A stretch of DNA of 64,000 nt from Synechococcus sp. (GCA_035284725.1 JAYKIK010000060.1:5567-69566), one strand, 5' to 3'. Positions 1 through 11,658 are shown, counted from the stretch's first letter. The notes: a model not told the origin generated them from the sequence alone. Numbers and translations are program-made.

Positions 1-2
1 TT

Positions 3-2360
3 CTGGAGGGAGCAACTGCTTGACACATCTTCCCTAATGTTCAGTTGGCCGTAGATAATCTCCGGTGGCGGCCCCTGTTCCTGGGTTAAGGCCCATTGTG
101 ATCGCCGGTATTGAATTTTTAATTGGAGGCGAGAAAATTCCTGGGATTGGGGGGCGGTGATCAGCACTTTCACTTCCGACAGCTTGAGCCAAAAAATATC
201 CTCGGCCTGAGCCAAATAACCCCGTTGTTGCCAAATGCGGGCGATCGCCAAAAAATGTCCCCGGAGCTGAGCCAAAAAAGTCTCGCAGAGACTAAATACT
301 TCCCCCTGGCAAAAATAAAGTGCCTGAAGTTTAGTCTGGGTGGTGTTTAAAGCTGTGGGCGGAATAATCGTCCGGGGATGATTGAGCAGATCCGTTAGTT
401 GCTGCCGAATGGGACTGGAGTCTTCCCACCAACGTTTTTGGGCCAATTCCCACGGTACCGTCGCCCCATCACCGTAATCCTTCAGCCAACCATTTAATCG
501 TCCTAGGAAATTTTCTTCGTCAGGCAATTCTGCAAGTTGGGCAAACAAGGCAGACCGTGTCAGGGGCTTGAGATCTCTAGGTAGAGCCGCCGTTTGGGTG
601 CGGAGGGTGGTGCGAATATCGATCGCTAATTGGTTTAAATGCTGGAATTGCGGCAAAAGGGGCGGCAAAAAATCTGTTAATCCCGTAGTCAACCGCCAGC
701 GCCAAAGAATTATTTCTCCCCGGATCCAATCGGTGCAAAGTAATTCCAAAATGTCCGTAATCTGCTCCACATTCTGTACCAGATCCACCAGGCTCAGGGT
801 CGATAGATCGTTGCGGCTAATCATCCTGATGGTTTTGAGCAGAGGGTGATAAAGACGCTCAACATTTTGTTGAAAATCTGTGTACCATTGTCGTTCCCAG
901 CGCAGGTAACGATAACAAAACACCGGATGACGGAAAATGAACAACCATCTTGCTTTCCGGGACTGGAGGTCGCTGAAGTGTAGATTAGCCCGTCGTCGAA
1001 TCCGTCGCCAAAAACTGCGATTGAGATAACTATAGCCCCGGTGATGGGAAATAAGCGTCAGGTTACTGAGGTTTTCGCGGCCGTCCCCTAGGGCATTGTA
1101 AATACTGGCGATCGCCCCTGGGACAATCACTTCCAAAAGGGAGGTACTGAGAGTGGAGAGGGGTTGGGGTAAATGAGTGGCGACCCATTCCCGTGTCCAA
1201 ACCGGATGGAGATGATAGACCGGCCGCACCCGCAAAATCCAGAGATTTACCCCCGTAAAACACCATTCCACGGCCTGGGGACTGCCCTGGTGATGTTCCA
1301 ATTGGCGACTGAGCTGGGCCACTTCCCGCAGTAGATCGAGGGGAGGTTGGTCTGTGGGGGTCACTTCACCAATGGCTTGGGGAGACTCTAAGCCGTAAAA
1401 CAAAGGGGCTTTACCTTCACCGATGATTAGTGGGGAAATCCAGCCGGGGGCCGCTTCTGTTATGGGTTCTTGGCGACTGTAGGGGAGGGGGGGACGACTG
1501 TAGGTAATCCCAGACCAGAGGGCGTTGGGGAGATTTTGGACAATGAGGGCTTGCTTCCCGAGGGGAGTGTGACTAAAGCCTTGGGTAAGGGCGGTGTCTA
1601 AATCGTCTCGCGTGGAAAAGGGACCCTGGGGAATGTGAAAGGTGGGGGCTGGTGTTTCGCTGGAGAGACGGACGCTATAAAGGCGATCGCCACTGGGTTT
1701 CACAAAAGTGACAAATTTAGGCAAATCATCCCCGGGCTTCAGAACCCAACCCGGCAGTACAGGGTAACCGAGGGCTTTTAATTGGCTCAGGGTGGCCGCA
1801 TCTTGACCCACCTGGGACGCATTAAGGGGACGATCGAGGGTTAAAAATCCTGCTTCTGGGCGAAATAACTGCCAGAGTTGTCGATTGTGAGGGGTCTGTT
1901 GATTGAACCAACCCAGGACGGCTCCCAAGGCGATCGCCGTCACCCAGTAACCGGGAATTGCTCCGTGACGCAAACCGAGGGCGAAGAAAATTGTCCCTAA
2001 AATGACCCAAGTACCCCAACGGATTTGTCGAAATAGAGTGAGACTGACTATCCCCAAAAAACTCGCGATCAGGGTAATCTGCCAATCGTGGATCAGCAAA
2101 CCCCCAAGAATTTTCCCGTAGGTGATCTGCCGGTGGCGCCAATACTGCCCTATGGTCAGCGCCAGGAGACTCAGCAGTTCCCAGGGGGAATAGGGAGGGA
2201 AAAAAAGCTGGGCCAGCAAGACCGCTAGGCCCCCGAGGGTCAGATCCCAAAACAATCCGCCCCAGGGATGGCGATCGCCCCAGGGGAACTGCAAAAATGC
2301 GCCCAGGGTCGGCAGCATTGTCAAAATCAACAGACAACCCCAGACCTGCGTCAATGTCAT
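3..2360 (-). CDS. Partial membrane-anchored PEP synthase/pyruvate phosphate dikinase-like protein (N-terminal PlsY-like TM region plus PEP/pyruvate-binding domain); runs off the left edge
   Basis: Hand translation: ATG at 2360 overlaps the upstream stop (ATGA), and the frame is open to the window edge. Begins MTLTQVWGCLLIL, then hydrophobic helices, VGQDAATLSQLKALGYPVLPGWVL, PQAVEW and LWILRVRPV. Absent from the ORF track because there is no stop in the window. Confidence 0.8.
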   Translation of the reverse strand, partial: MTLTQVWGCLLILTMLPTLGAFLQFPWGDRHPWGGLFWDLTLGGLAVLLAQLFFPPYSPWELLSLLALTIGQYWRHRQITYGKILGGLLIHDWQITLIASFLGIVSLTLFRQIRWGTWVILGTIFFALGLRHGAIPGYWVTAIALGAVLGWFNQQTPHNRQLWQLFRPEAGFLTLDRPLNASQVGQDAATLSQLKALGYPVLPGWVLKPGDDLPKFVTFVKPSGDRLYSVRLSSETPAPTFHIPQGPFSTRDDLDTALTQGFSHTPLGKQALIVQNLPNALWSGITYSRPPLPYSRQEPITEAAPGWISPLIIGEGKAPLFYGLESPQAIGEVTPTDQPPLDLLREVAQLSRQLEHHQGSPQAVEWCFTGVNLWILRVRPVYHLHPVWTREWVATHLPQPLSTLSTSLLEVIVPGAIASIYNALGDGRENLSNLTLISHHRGYSYLNRSFWRRIRRRANLHFSDLQSRKARWLFIFRHPVFCYRYLRWERQWYTDFQQNVERLYHPLLKTIRMISRNDLSTLSLVDLVQNVEQITDILELLCTDWIRGEIILWRWRLTTGLTDFLPPLLPQFQHLNQLAIDIRTTLRTQTAALPRDLKPLTRSALFAQLAELPDEENFLGRLNGWLKDYGDGATVPWELAQKRWWEDSSPIRQQLTDLLNHPRTIIPPTALNTTQTKLQALYFCQGEVFSLCETFLAQLRGHFLAIARIWQQRGYLAQAEDIFWLKLSEVKVLITAPQSQEFSRLQLKIQYRRSQWALTQEQGPPPEIIYGQLNIREDVSSSCSLQ

Positions 2361-3535
2361 GGTTGCGACAGAAGAAAGGTGTGAAGGCGATGGACTGCTT
2401 CCTTGAGTACCGAGGGTTCCCGCACCAGGGCAAAGCGCACATAACCTTCCCCTGTTTTACCAAATCCCGATCCGGGGGAAAGGGCAACTCCTGTTTGCGC
2501 CACCAGTGCCGTACAAAATTCTAGAGATGTCCCACGCCAGGTATCCGGTAACTTTGCCCACACATATAGAGTTGCCCCTGGCTTAGGTACGTCCCAACCC
2601 AGATCATTGAGGGCCTCCAGCAACGCATCCCGCCGGGCTTGGTAAACGGCGACATTTTTGTGGATGGTGTCTTGGTCTTGTTGGAGAGCGGCGATCGCCC
2701 CCATTAAAATCCCCTGGTACTGGTTAAAGTCCACCACCGCTTTAATCTGGCGTAGGGCTGCAATTAACTGGGCATTGCCCACTGCAAAGGCTACGCGAAA
2801 GCCACCCATATTAAAGGATTTAGAAAAAGTAAAAAATTCAATACTGCAGGTTTTCTCAGGATCCGCCTGGAGCACAGAAGGAGGTTCTGGACTCCCGGAA
2901 AAATACATATCGTTGTAGGGAAAATCGTGCACCAAAACTAAATCATGGGCCTGGCAAAACCGTACCGCTTCCTGGAAAAATTTGCGGGTTGCCATGGCCG
3001 TCGTCGGGTTGTGGGGATAGCTGAGAATCATTAGCCGACTCTTGGCCAGGATCTCCCCAGGGATTGCCTCAAATTGCGGCAAAAAACCATGGTCAGCAGT
3101 AAGGGGCATAAAATAGCTTTCTCCCCCCGCTAAGGCAACACCACCAACATAGGAGGGATAACCGGGATCCGGCAGCAGGGCATAATCCCCCGGTTCCAGC
3201 ACCGCTAAGGGTAAGTGGGCTGTGCCTTCCTGGGAACCGATGAGCGCGAGAACTTCCGTCTCCGGATCTACGGCAACACCATAGCGCTTTTCAAACCAAC
3301 TGGCGATCGCCTCCCGAAACTCTTGGGTATTGCGGTGCAACACATAGCCATGGGTGTTGGGATCTTGAAGGGCTTGCCCCATGGTGGCGATCGCCATGGG
3401 CGATGCGGGGAGGTCAGAGGATCCCAGGGATAGATCAATGAGATCTTGACCTGCTGCCACCGCCTTGGCCTTGGCCCGGTCCATATCAGCAAACACATTC
3501 GCCGCAAGCCTTGATAACCGCTGGGAAAAACGCAT
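2357..3535 (-). CDS. PLP-dependent class I/II aminotransferase (LL-diaminopimelate aminotransferase-like)
   Basis: 392 aa; GSQEG, YPHNPT, DFPY and the PLP-lysine motif FSKSFNMGGFRVAF. Confidence 0.85.
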   Translation of the reverse strand: MRFSQRLSRLAANVFADMDRAKAKAVAAGQDLIDLSLGSSDLPASPMAIATMGQALQDPNTHGYVLHRNTQEFREAIASWFEKRYGVAVDPETEVLALIGSQEGTAHLPLAVLEPGDYALLPDPGYPSYVGGVALAGGESYFMPLTADHGFLPQFEAIPGEILAKSRLMILSYPHNPTTAMATRKFFQEAVRFCQAHDLVLVHDFPYNDMYFSGSPEPPSVLQADPEKTCSIEFFTFSKSFNMGGFRVAFAVGNAQLIAALRQIKAVVDFNQYQGILMGAIAALQQDQDTIHKNVAVYQARRDALLEALNDLGWDVPKPGATLYVWAKLPDTWRGTSLEFCTALVAQTGVALSPGSGFGKTGEGYVRFALVREPSVLKEAVHRLHTFLLSQP

Positions 3536-3565
3536 AGGGGCAAATTTAATGATTAGGAAAAAATA

Positions 3566-3892
3566 TTACAGTTGGGCTTCAACAAAGTCCTTGAGGGCTT
3601 GTTTTGTGATCGCCCCTTCATGGCTCGCTACAACTTTTTGATCTTTGAAGAAACGCAGGGCAGGAACCCCTTCCACTTGGCATTGGGCAACGGCATTGGG
3701 GTTGGGATCCACTTCGAGCTTGACCACCTTGAGGCGATCGCCATATTCCTGGGCAGCCCAGTTAATGGAGGGCGAAACTAACCGACAGGGGCCGCACCAG
3801 TTAGCCCAAAAATAAACCAAAATCGCTTGATTGACATCAAGGACTTCCTGTTCAAACTGGGAATCGGTAATTTCCAAAACGCTGCCACTCAC
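3566..3892 (-). CDS. Thioredoxin, probably x-type
   Basis: 108 aa; WCGPC active site in the context LVYFWANWCGPCRL; GTG start. Confidence 0.9.
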   Translation of the reverse strand: MSGSVLEITDSQFEQEVLDVNQAILVYFWANWCGPCRLVSPSINWAAQEYGDRLKVVKLEVDPNPNAVAQCQVEGVPALRFFKDQKVVASHEGAITKQALKDFVEAQL

Positions 3893-4091
3893 AGGGGATG
3901 AACTCCTTGCTTACTTACAAAATAAAAGACAACTTCCTACGTTAACAGTTTTCGGCGATCGCTGGATCAACGGATTTACGAAGAGCGACAAAGGACGAAC
4001 GGCTAGAACCGAGTCGCAGTCGTAATGCTCTACCCAGCCTAGCCACGGTGCAATTTGCAAATGTGAAACCAAAACCCAGAGGAATCTGTCC

Positions 4092-4895
4092 CTAAAGGTT
4101 TTTCATTTGAGTGCGCAGGGCTTCTAATTCGGCATCCACCGCCGCAAAGTCAGCATCCGTGGGGGCATGGGTTGCCACGGGGGTATCAGAAACTTCTTCC
4201 ATTTCTTCGGCCATTTTTGCCGCTTCCAAGGCCGGGGTCTGTTGGGAAGCCGCCTTCAGCATTGCTAATTCTTGGTCGATGGAACTGGACGCTTCGAGTT
4301 GAGCAAATTCCTGATCTAGGCTGGCACTCCCGAGAACATTGGTCGCTTCGGACTGGGCCTCGAGTTCCATGATCTTGTCTTCCATCCGCTCGAAGGCACT
4401 CATGGCACTACTGGTATCAATGCTGTTCATGGTGCTCTGGAGTTGGGCATTGGCTTTGGCAGCGTTGGCCCGGGCCTTGAGCATATCTTTCTTGGTCTTG
4501 GCCTCTTGGATCTTGCTTTCTAGGGCCAGGAGATTTTCCTTGAGGGTTTTGACCTGGGCACTTTGCTGGGTGAACTGTTGTTGAAGAATCGCTGCGGTAT
4601 CGGCAAAAGTTTTTTTGCGCACCAGGGCTTCCCGGGCTAGGTCTTCTCTACCATTTTTGATGGCAAGCTCTGCTTTCTTTTGCCAAGTAGTTGCTTCGGT
4701 CTGGTTTTTAATCAGTTGCTGTTCTGTTTTATTTTGCGCCGCGATCGCCCGGGCCACCGATTGGCGTAACTGCACCAAACTTTCCCCCATATCGGCAACG
4801 GCTTGTTCCAAGATTTTTTCGGGGTCTTCGGCCTTACTGACCATGTCATTGAGGTTGGCTTTGACGACGCGACCAAGACGATCTAAAAATCCCAT
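4092..4895 (-). CDS. vipp1: Vipp1/IM30 (PspA family) thylakoid membrane-remodelling protein
   Basis: MGFLDRLGRVVKANLN..EDPEKILEQ N-terminus, AFERMEDKI, and the extra C-terminal helix VDAELEALRTQM. Confidence 0.95.
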   Translation of the reverse strand: MGFLDRLGRVVKANLNDMVSKAEDPEKILEQAVADMGESLVQLRQSVARAIAAQNKTEQQLIKNQTEATTWQKKAELAIKNGREDLAREALVRKKTFADTAAILQQQFTQQSAQVKTLKENLLALESKIQEAKTKKDMLKARANAAKANAQLQSTMNSIDTSSAMSAFERMEDKIMELEAQSEATNVLGSASLDQEFAQLEASSSIDQELAMLKAASQQTPALEAAKMAEEMEEVSDTPVATHAPTDADFAAVDAELEALRTQMKNL

Positions 4896-4988
4896 GATGC
4901 TCTATCTCTATACGTAGTTTAAGTTTAAGGGCAAGATTAACTGTGACTTACTCTGGCAAAGGGGTAAGCATGTTTCTTTACATTTTAA

Positions 4989-5189
4989 TCATTCCTTTGG
5001 TTTTCCATGGCGATCGCCCCAAAGCCTGAGATGATTTGTCAAAAAAGATGGGACAGTGGCCGTGACAAAGTAAAAAGATCCATTTCCCTCCCCAGGGGAA
5101 ACCCCAGCTTCAGGAAAATCAACCCCAAGGGCTAGTCCCATACCGAAAGCCAGCCATAGCCAAAACCCCGTTAAAACCGTTTTCATCAA
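4989..5189 (-). CDS. Possible small hypothetical protein with a hydrophobic N-terminus
   Basis: 66-aa ORF in an otherwise empty intergenic gap; signal-peptide-like start; no recognised family. Confidence 0.25.
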   Translation of the reverse strand: MMKTVLTGFWLWLAFGMGLALGVDFPEAGVSPGEGNGSFYFVTATVPSFLTNHLRLWGDRHGKPKE

Positions 5190-5390
5190 GCCTTTGATCC
5201 TGTGGTGTGCAGGGGGGTGATCATCTGGATAGAGAGGAGGAAATCGGTTTAAAATTAAAAAAATAGGATTTCTTAAGCAGTTGAAAAATTAACGAATCGC
5301 ACCTAATTGGCAAGGGTTAGTCCTAGGGTGGGTAAATCTACGTTTGTCTGACAAATTTGACATTGCTCCCTCCTGGGCGGCGGCGACACT

Positions 5391-6587
5391 ATGCACTTAG
5401 ATGATTTACATATTCTGCTTATCGAGGATAATTTGGCGGAAGCTGAGTTGCTGGGGGATCTGTTGGTGGACATCGAAATGGTGCGGTGTGATATCGTCCA
5501 CTTTGCCCGCCTCGAAACGGCGATCGCCTGCCTGGAAAAACGATCCTTTGATGTCATTTTGCTTGATCTGAGCCTGCCGGATAGCCAAGGACTCAGCTCT
5601 TTACCCATGTTGATGGGAGTAGCACCCGATGTACCAATTGTGGTGCTAACTAATACTAACGATGCGGAACTCGCCCTAGAAGCAGTACACCAGGGGGCCC
5701 AGGATTATCTCATTAAAAAAAATATTGCCTTTGATAAGGAAACACTCCTGCGTTCTATGCTCTATGCCATTGAACGAAAACGTAATCAGCAGGCCCTCAA
5801 GATCGCCAATGACCGACTCCGCCAAGAAATGAAGGCCCGAGAATCCATGCAACTCCGGCTCGAGCAGTCCAATCAGGAATTGGAACAATTTGCCTACATT
5901 GCTTCCCATGATTTAAAGCAACCCCTAGCAAGCATTTATTCCTGGTCTCAATTACTCCAGGTGCGCTATGGTGATCGCCTTGATGAAAAGGGGGGCACTT
6001 ACCTCCAGGCAATCCAGGATTCCGTCCGTCAGATGACCCAACTCATCGAAGATCTTTTAACCTATTCCCGGGTGGATCGGATGGAAAATACAACGGTGGA
6101 TGTGGACTGTAATTTAATCGTGCATCAGGTTTGTAACCGCCTCAGTTCGGCGATCGCCGCTAAAGATGCCAAAATCACCCTGGAACCCCTGCCAACGATC
6201 CAAGGTAATCCCCTGCAAATTAGCCAAATTTTTCAAAATCTCATCGAAAACGCCCTCAAATATTCCCAGGAGAATCTCGCCCCCCAAATTCGGATCAGTG
6301 CCAACCCCCAGCACAAAGAATGGATTTTTAGCTGTCGGGACAACGGCATCGGGATTGAACCGGAATACTTCGAGCAAATTTTTTATGCTTTTAAACGGCT
6401 CCACTCCCAGAGTCAATATAGTGGTACCGGCATTGGGTTGGCAGTTTGTAAAAAAATTGTGCAACGTTATGGCGGTAGGATTTGGGTGACATCAATTCTA
6501 GGGGAGGGATCAAATTTTTCGTTCTCTTTTCCACGGCGATCGCCTTCCCCCGCCGAACCCACAGAATCTACAGGGGAAAGAGATTGA
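5391..6587 (+). CDS. Hybrid receiver-histidine kinase (REC-HisKA-HATPase)
   Basis: REC motifs LIEDN and ILLDLSLPD; H-box YIASHDLKQPL; N-box FQNLIENALKY; DNGIGI and GTGIGL. Confidence 0.92.
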   Translation: MHLDDLHILLIEDNLAEAELLGDLLVDIEMVRCDIVHFARLETAIACLEKRSFDVILLDLSLPDSQGLSSLPMLMGVAPDVPIVVLTNTNDAELALEAVHQGAQDYLIKKNIAFDKETLLRSMLYAIERKRNQQALKIANDRLRQEMKARESMQLRLEQSNQELEQFAYIASHDLKQPLASIYSWSQLLQVRYGDRLDEKGGTYLQAIQDSVRQMTQLIEDLLTYSRVDRMENTTVDVDCNLIVHQVCNRLSSAIAAKDAKITLEPLPTIQGNPLQISQIFQNLIENALKYSQENLAPQIRISANPQHKEWIFSCRDNGIGIEPEYFEQIFYAFKRLHSQSQYSGTGIGLAVCKKIVQRYGGRIWVTSILGEGSNFSFSFPRRSPSPAEPTESTGERD

Positions 6588-6643
6588 TCAAGCTACAATA
6601 AATTCCTACCCAGACTTATTGATTTCACCTGAATACAGACACC

Positions 6644-7897
<1,254 letters not shown>

Positions 7898-8006
7898 ATC
7901 AGCCGTTTTTTAATTGAATTATTTTGAAGGGAGGGGAAATTGTCAACTTAGGCGATCGCCCCTCCTATTTTCATTTTGATTGTGGTGGTCTTGGCCAAAA
8001 AATTGG

Positions 8007-8438
8007 TTAATCTTCTCCCGGCTCTAGGACCTGCACTTCCACGGTTTTAACTTCGGTTGTGTCACCATCCTGGGGGACATCCACTTCTACGGCGGCCACT
8101 TCCACGGTACCTTCAGGGGTCTGTCGCTCAAATTTTTTCCCGGTAATCTGCACCACTTCCCCACAACTCGGACAGCGGGCCATGGAATTATTTAACCCCG
8201 TAAAGCCATAGCCACAGACCGGACAGTCCGCTTCCACTAAATTACGCTTGAGCCACCATTGAAAGCCCACCACTCCTAAGGTGATCGCCACAGGAATGAG
8301 CAAAATGAGAATAATAAATCCATTGACGATCCAGCCTAATCCCACGGAGGTCAAGAGGGCCGCAATCAAAATAAAGGAGAGGACACAACCTAAGCCCGAA
8401 GAAGAGAATTGAATATTACGAGAGAAGGGATCGTTCAC
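8007..8438 (-). CDS. Conserved hypothetical membrane protein with a CxxC...CxxC zinc ribbon
   Basis: Two TM helices, then CPVC and CPSC, and an acidic tail. Confidence 0.75.
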   Translation of the reverse strand: MNDPFSRNIQFSSSGLGCVLSFILIAALLTSVGLGWIVNGFIILILLIPVAITLGVVGFQWWLKRNLVEADCPVCGYGFTGLNNSMARCPSCGEVVQITGKKFERQTPEGTVEVAAVEVDVPQDGDTTEVKTVEVQVLEPGED

Positions 8439-8541
8439 AATATTTCTTAATAATTGTTAACTGCCGACGCTAGTGCCCTAAGTTTATTTCACAAACCGAG
8501 ATGATAAGCTTACAAATGCACAAAAATTATTTTAATAAATC

Positions 8542-9594
8542 ATGTCGGAAAGCAATAATACACCTCTTTTATTGAGGGCTGCACGGGGGGAAAAAGTTGA
8601 GCGGACACCGGTTTGGATGATGCGCCAAGCTGGACGTTATATGAAAATTTATCGCGATCTGCGGGATAAATACCCGAGCTTTCGGGAGCGTTCCGAAAAC
8701 CCCGATCTTGCCATCGAAATTTCGCTCCAACCTTGGCACGCATTCCAGCCTGACGGTGTAATTATGTTTTCGGATATTCTCACGCCCCTACCCGGGATGG
8801 GGATTCCCTTCGACATCATCGAGAGTAAAGGGCCAATCATCGAAAACCCGATCCGCACCCAGGCCCAGGTGGATGCCATGACGCCCTTCGATCCGGCAAC
8901 CTCCTTACCGTTTATCAAAACCATCTTAGAAACCCTCCGTAAGGAAGTAGGCAACGCCTCGACCGTGTTGGGTTTTGTCGGCGCTCCTTGGACTTTGGCT
9001 GCCTATGCCATTGAAGGGAAAAGCTCGAAGAACTACGCTGTGATTAAAAACATGGCCTTCTCGGAACCGGCGATCCTCCACAGCTTCCTCGGAAAAATTG
9101 CCGATGCGATCGCCGATTACGTTTGCTACCAGATTGAATGCGGTGCCCAGGTAATCCAGATGTTCGACTCCTGGGCAGGCCAACTGAGTCCCCAGGATTA
9201 CGACATGTTTGCCTTGCCCTACCAAAAACGGGTGGTGGATAAAGTCAAAGCGAAATATCCTGACTTCCCCCTGATTCTCTATATCAGTGGTAGTGCTGGG
9301 GTATTGGAAAGAATGGGTAAATCCGGTGTCGATATTGTTAGCGTGGACTGGACTGTTGACATGGCCGATGCCCGTCATCGCCTCGGGAAAGACATGAAAG
9401 TACAAGGGAATATTGATCCCGGTGTGCTGTTCGGCTCCCAGGACTTTATTAAGGCCCGCATCATTGATACTGTCCGTAAAGCGGGCAATTGGGGTCATAT
9501 CCTTAACCTCGGCCATGGTGTCTTAGTGGGAACCCCTGAGGATAACGTTCGTTTCTTCTTTGAAACCTGTAAAAACGTCCAAAGCTTTCTCTAG
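8542..9594 (+). CDS. hemE: Uroporphyrinogen decarboxylase
   Basis: [25 protein letters not shown]. Confidence 0.98.
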   Translation: MSESNNTPLLLRAARGEKVERTPVWMMRQAGRYMKIYRDLRDKYPSFRERSENPDLAIEISLQPWHAFQPDGVIMFSDILTPLPGMGIPFDIIESKGPIIENPIRTQAQVDAMTPFDPATSLPFIKTILETLRKEVGNASTVLGFVGAPWTLAAYAIEGKSSKNYAVIKNMAFSEPAILHSFLGKIADAIADYVCYQIECGAQVIQMFDSWAGQLSPQDYDMFALPYQKRVVDKVKAKYPDFPLILYISGSAGVLERMGKSGVDIVSVDWTVDMADARHRLGKDMKVQGNIDPGVLFGSQDFIKARIIDTVRKAGNWGHILNLGHGVLVGTPEDNVRFFFETCKNVQSFL

Positions 9595-9619
9595 GTTTTA
9601 GCCTTTGCAAATTTTCAAG

Positions 9620-9662
9620 AAGCGTTTCAGGTTATACACCACAAACCTGGGGCGCTTTTTTT
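9620..9662 (+). terminator. Intrinsic terminator after hemE
   Basis: Stem aagcgtttcaggtt / aacctggggcgctt followed by a T-run. Confidence 0.7.
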
Positions 9663-9751
9663 GGGGTCTGCATAGGCAGGGCCAACATTTCTCGATAGAA
9701 TTTCCTAGCGTTTGCTTTTCTTTAAATTTCTAGATTCTGGGGAAAATCGGG

Positions 9752-10684
9752 ATGACAGTTCAACCCAAATTAATTATTCACGGCGGTGCCGGTAGTTCCC
9801 TCAAGGGCAAAGGAGGCTTGGTTGCGGTGCGGGAGTCGCTCCATCGTATTGTCAGTGAAATTTATCAGCTCCTTGAGCAGGGGAGCAGTGCTGTGGATGC
9901 CGTTATCCTCGGCGCAAAGTTATTAGAAGATGAACCCCGATTTAACGCTGGCACAGGGTCTGTGCTGCAATCCGATGGTCAGATTCGCATGAGCGCGTCC
10001 TTGATGGATGGAACGGCCCAACGGTTTAGCGGCGTGATCAATGTGGGTCGGATTAAAAACCCCATCGAAGTGGCCCAGGCCTTACAAAAAGAAGATGACC
10101 GGGTGCTATCTGACATTGGGGCGGCGGAGATGGTGCGGGTGTTGCAAATGCCTATCCACGATCCCCTGACAGATTTACGCTTAGAGGAATGGATGGCGGA
10201 ACGCAAAGGAAATTTCAGCAGCAGTATGGCTGGGGTGGTTGCTGAGGATCAGATGGCCCGTCGGGGCACCATTGGGGTGGTGGCTCTGGATCAAGAGGGT
10301 CGTGTGGCCGCTGCGACGTCCACCGGTGGGAAGGGTTTAGAACGCATTGGTCGGGTGAGTGATTCAGCCATGCCTGCGGGGAACTATGCGACCAAGGTTG
10401 CGGGGGTGAGTTGTACCGGCATTGGGGAAGACATCATTGAGGAATGCTTAGCAGCCAAGGTTGTGATCCGGGTCGCCGATGGTTTAGGGCTGCACCAGGC
10501 CATGGAGAAATCTATTCAAGAAGCCACAACCAATCAGCGGGATCTGGGGGCGATCGCCTTGGATGCCCAAGGGAATATTGTCTGGGGAAAAACCAGTGAA
10601 GTGCTTTTGGCGGCCTACCATGACGGCACTACGCTGGGCGATACCCTGGAATGGCAACTGGAACCGGGGGTCGGCTCCCTTTAG
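9752..10684 (+). CDS. iaaA: Isoaspartyl peptidase / L-asparaginase (Ntn hydrolase)
   Basis: IIHGGAG, LEDEPRFNAGTGS, nucleophile GTIGVVALD, ATSTGG, GRVSDS, SCTGIGE. Confidence 0.9.
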   Translation: MTVQPKLIIHGGAGSSLKGKGGLVAVRESLHRIVSEIYQLLEQGSSAVDAVILGAKLLEDEPRFNAGTGSVLQSDGQIRMSASLMDGTAQRFSGVINVGRIKNPIEVAQALQKEDDRVLSDIGAAEMVRVLQMPIHDPLTDLRLEEWMAERKGNFSSSMAGVVAEDQMARRGTIGVVALDQEGRVAAATSTGGKGLERIGRVSDSAMPAGNYATKVAGVSCTGIGEDIIEECLAAKVVIRVADGLGLHQAMEKSIQEATTNQRDLGAIALDAQGNIVWGKTSEVLLAAYHDGTTLGDTLEWQLEPGVGSL

Positions 10685-10697
10685 GGAGTAAGGACGG

Positions 10698-11651
10698 ATG
10701 GTACGCACCCTCCTGAAACGTTTGGCGATCGCCTTGGGGACATTACTAGCGATCAGTTTTGTGATCTTCACGATCTTGGCCCTAGCCCCGGGGGATCCCC
10801 TCAGTGAATTCGCTAACAATCCCGCAATTACAGCAGCAGTCCGGGAAAATATTCGGCGATCGCTCGGTCTGGATCAGCCCTTTTACCTCCGCTATTTTAA
10901 ATGGCTCTGGGCTTTGTGTCAGGGGAATTTAGGTTATTCCTTTACCAGTAAAAGTCCCGTTTTGGGCCTAATTTTACAGCGACTGCCAACGACGTTGTGG
11001 GTGGTGGGGATTTCCTATGTTTTGAGCGTGGCGATCGCCTTACCCCTGGGGATTATTTCGGCCCTGCGCCGCAATTCTGTCTTGGATCAACTGGTGACGA
11101 CCTTTGCGTTCTTGGGTTATTCCCTACCCACCTTTTTTACGGGATTGCTCGCCATTATTGTGTTTAGCGTGAAGTTGCAGTGGCTGCCTTCCCTCTACAA
11201 CAGCACCCTTGTCGTTAACAGTCTCCCAACCCTCTGGCAGCAGATCCAGCAATCCATTCTTCCCATCGCGGTGCTAGCTTTGTACCAAACGGCCATTTTG
11301 ACCCGCTTCGTGCGCAATGCCATCCTGGAAGAACTACCCCAAGATTATGTGCGTACAGCCTATGCGAAGGGATTGGAAGAGTTTGCAGTACTCCGAAACC
11401 ATATTTTGCGTAATGCCCTGATTCCCGTCGTGACTCTGATTGCCCTCGATGTGCCCAGCATTTTTACAGGGGCCTTGATCACTGAGCAAATTTTTCGGGT
11501 ACCGGGTATTGGCGCACTGTTAATCGAATCCATCAACCGCAGTGATACCCCAGTGATTATGGGGATCACGATGATCTACGCGGTGTTGGTGGTGATTTTT
11601 AATGCGATCGCCGATCTCAGTTATCGCTTTCTTGACCCACGCATTAAGTGA
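10698..11651 (+). CDS. Peptide/nickel ABC transporter permease (DppB/OppB family)
   Basis: LAPGDP, LGLDQP, DYVRTAYAKGL..HILRNALIP, C-terminal LDPRI. Confidence 0.92.
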   Translation: MVRTLLKRLAIALGTLLAISFVIFTILALAPGDPLSEFANNPAITAAVRENIRRSLGLDQPFYLRYFKWLWALCQGNLGYSFTSKSPVLGLILQRLPTTLWVVGISYVLSVAIALPLGIISALRRNSVLDQLVTTFAFLGYSLPTFFTGLLAIIVFSVKLQWLPSLYNSTLVVNSLPTLWQQIQQSILPIAVLALYQTAILTRFVRNAILEELPQDYVRTAYAKGLEEFAVLRNHILRNALIPVVTLIALDVPSIFTGALITEQIFRVPGIGALLIESINRSDTPVIMGITMIYAVLVVIFNAIADLSYRFLDPRIK

Positions 11652-11658
11652 CAAAAAA

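Noticed and set aside
34-2487. ORF-track calls at 34-234, 123-350, 568-849, 1063-1266 and 1822-2487
   Set aside because: All overlap the long minus-strand frame 3-2360, which has family motifs and a coupled start.
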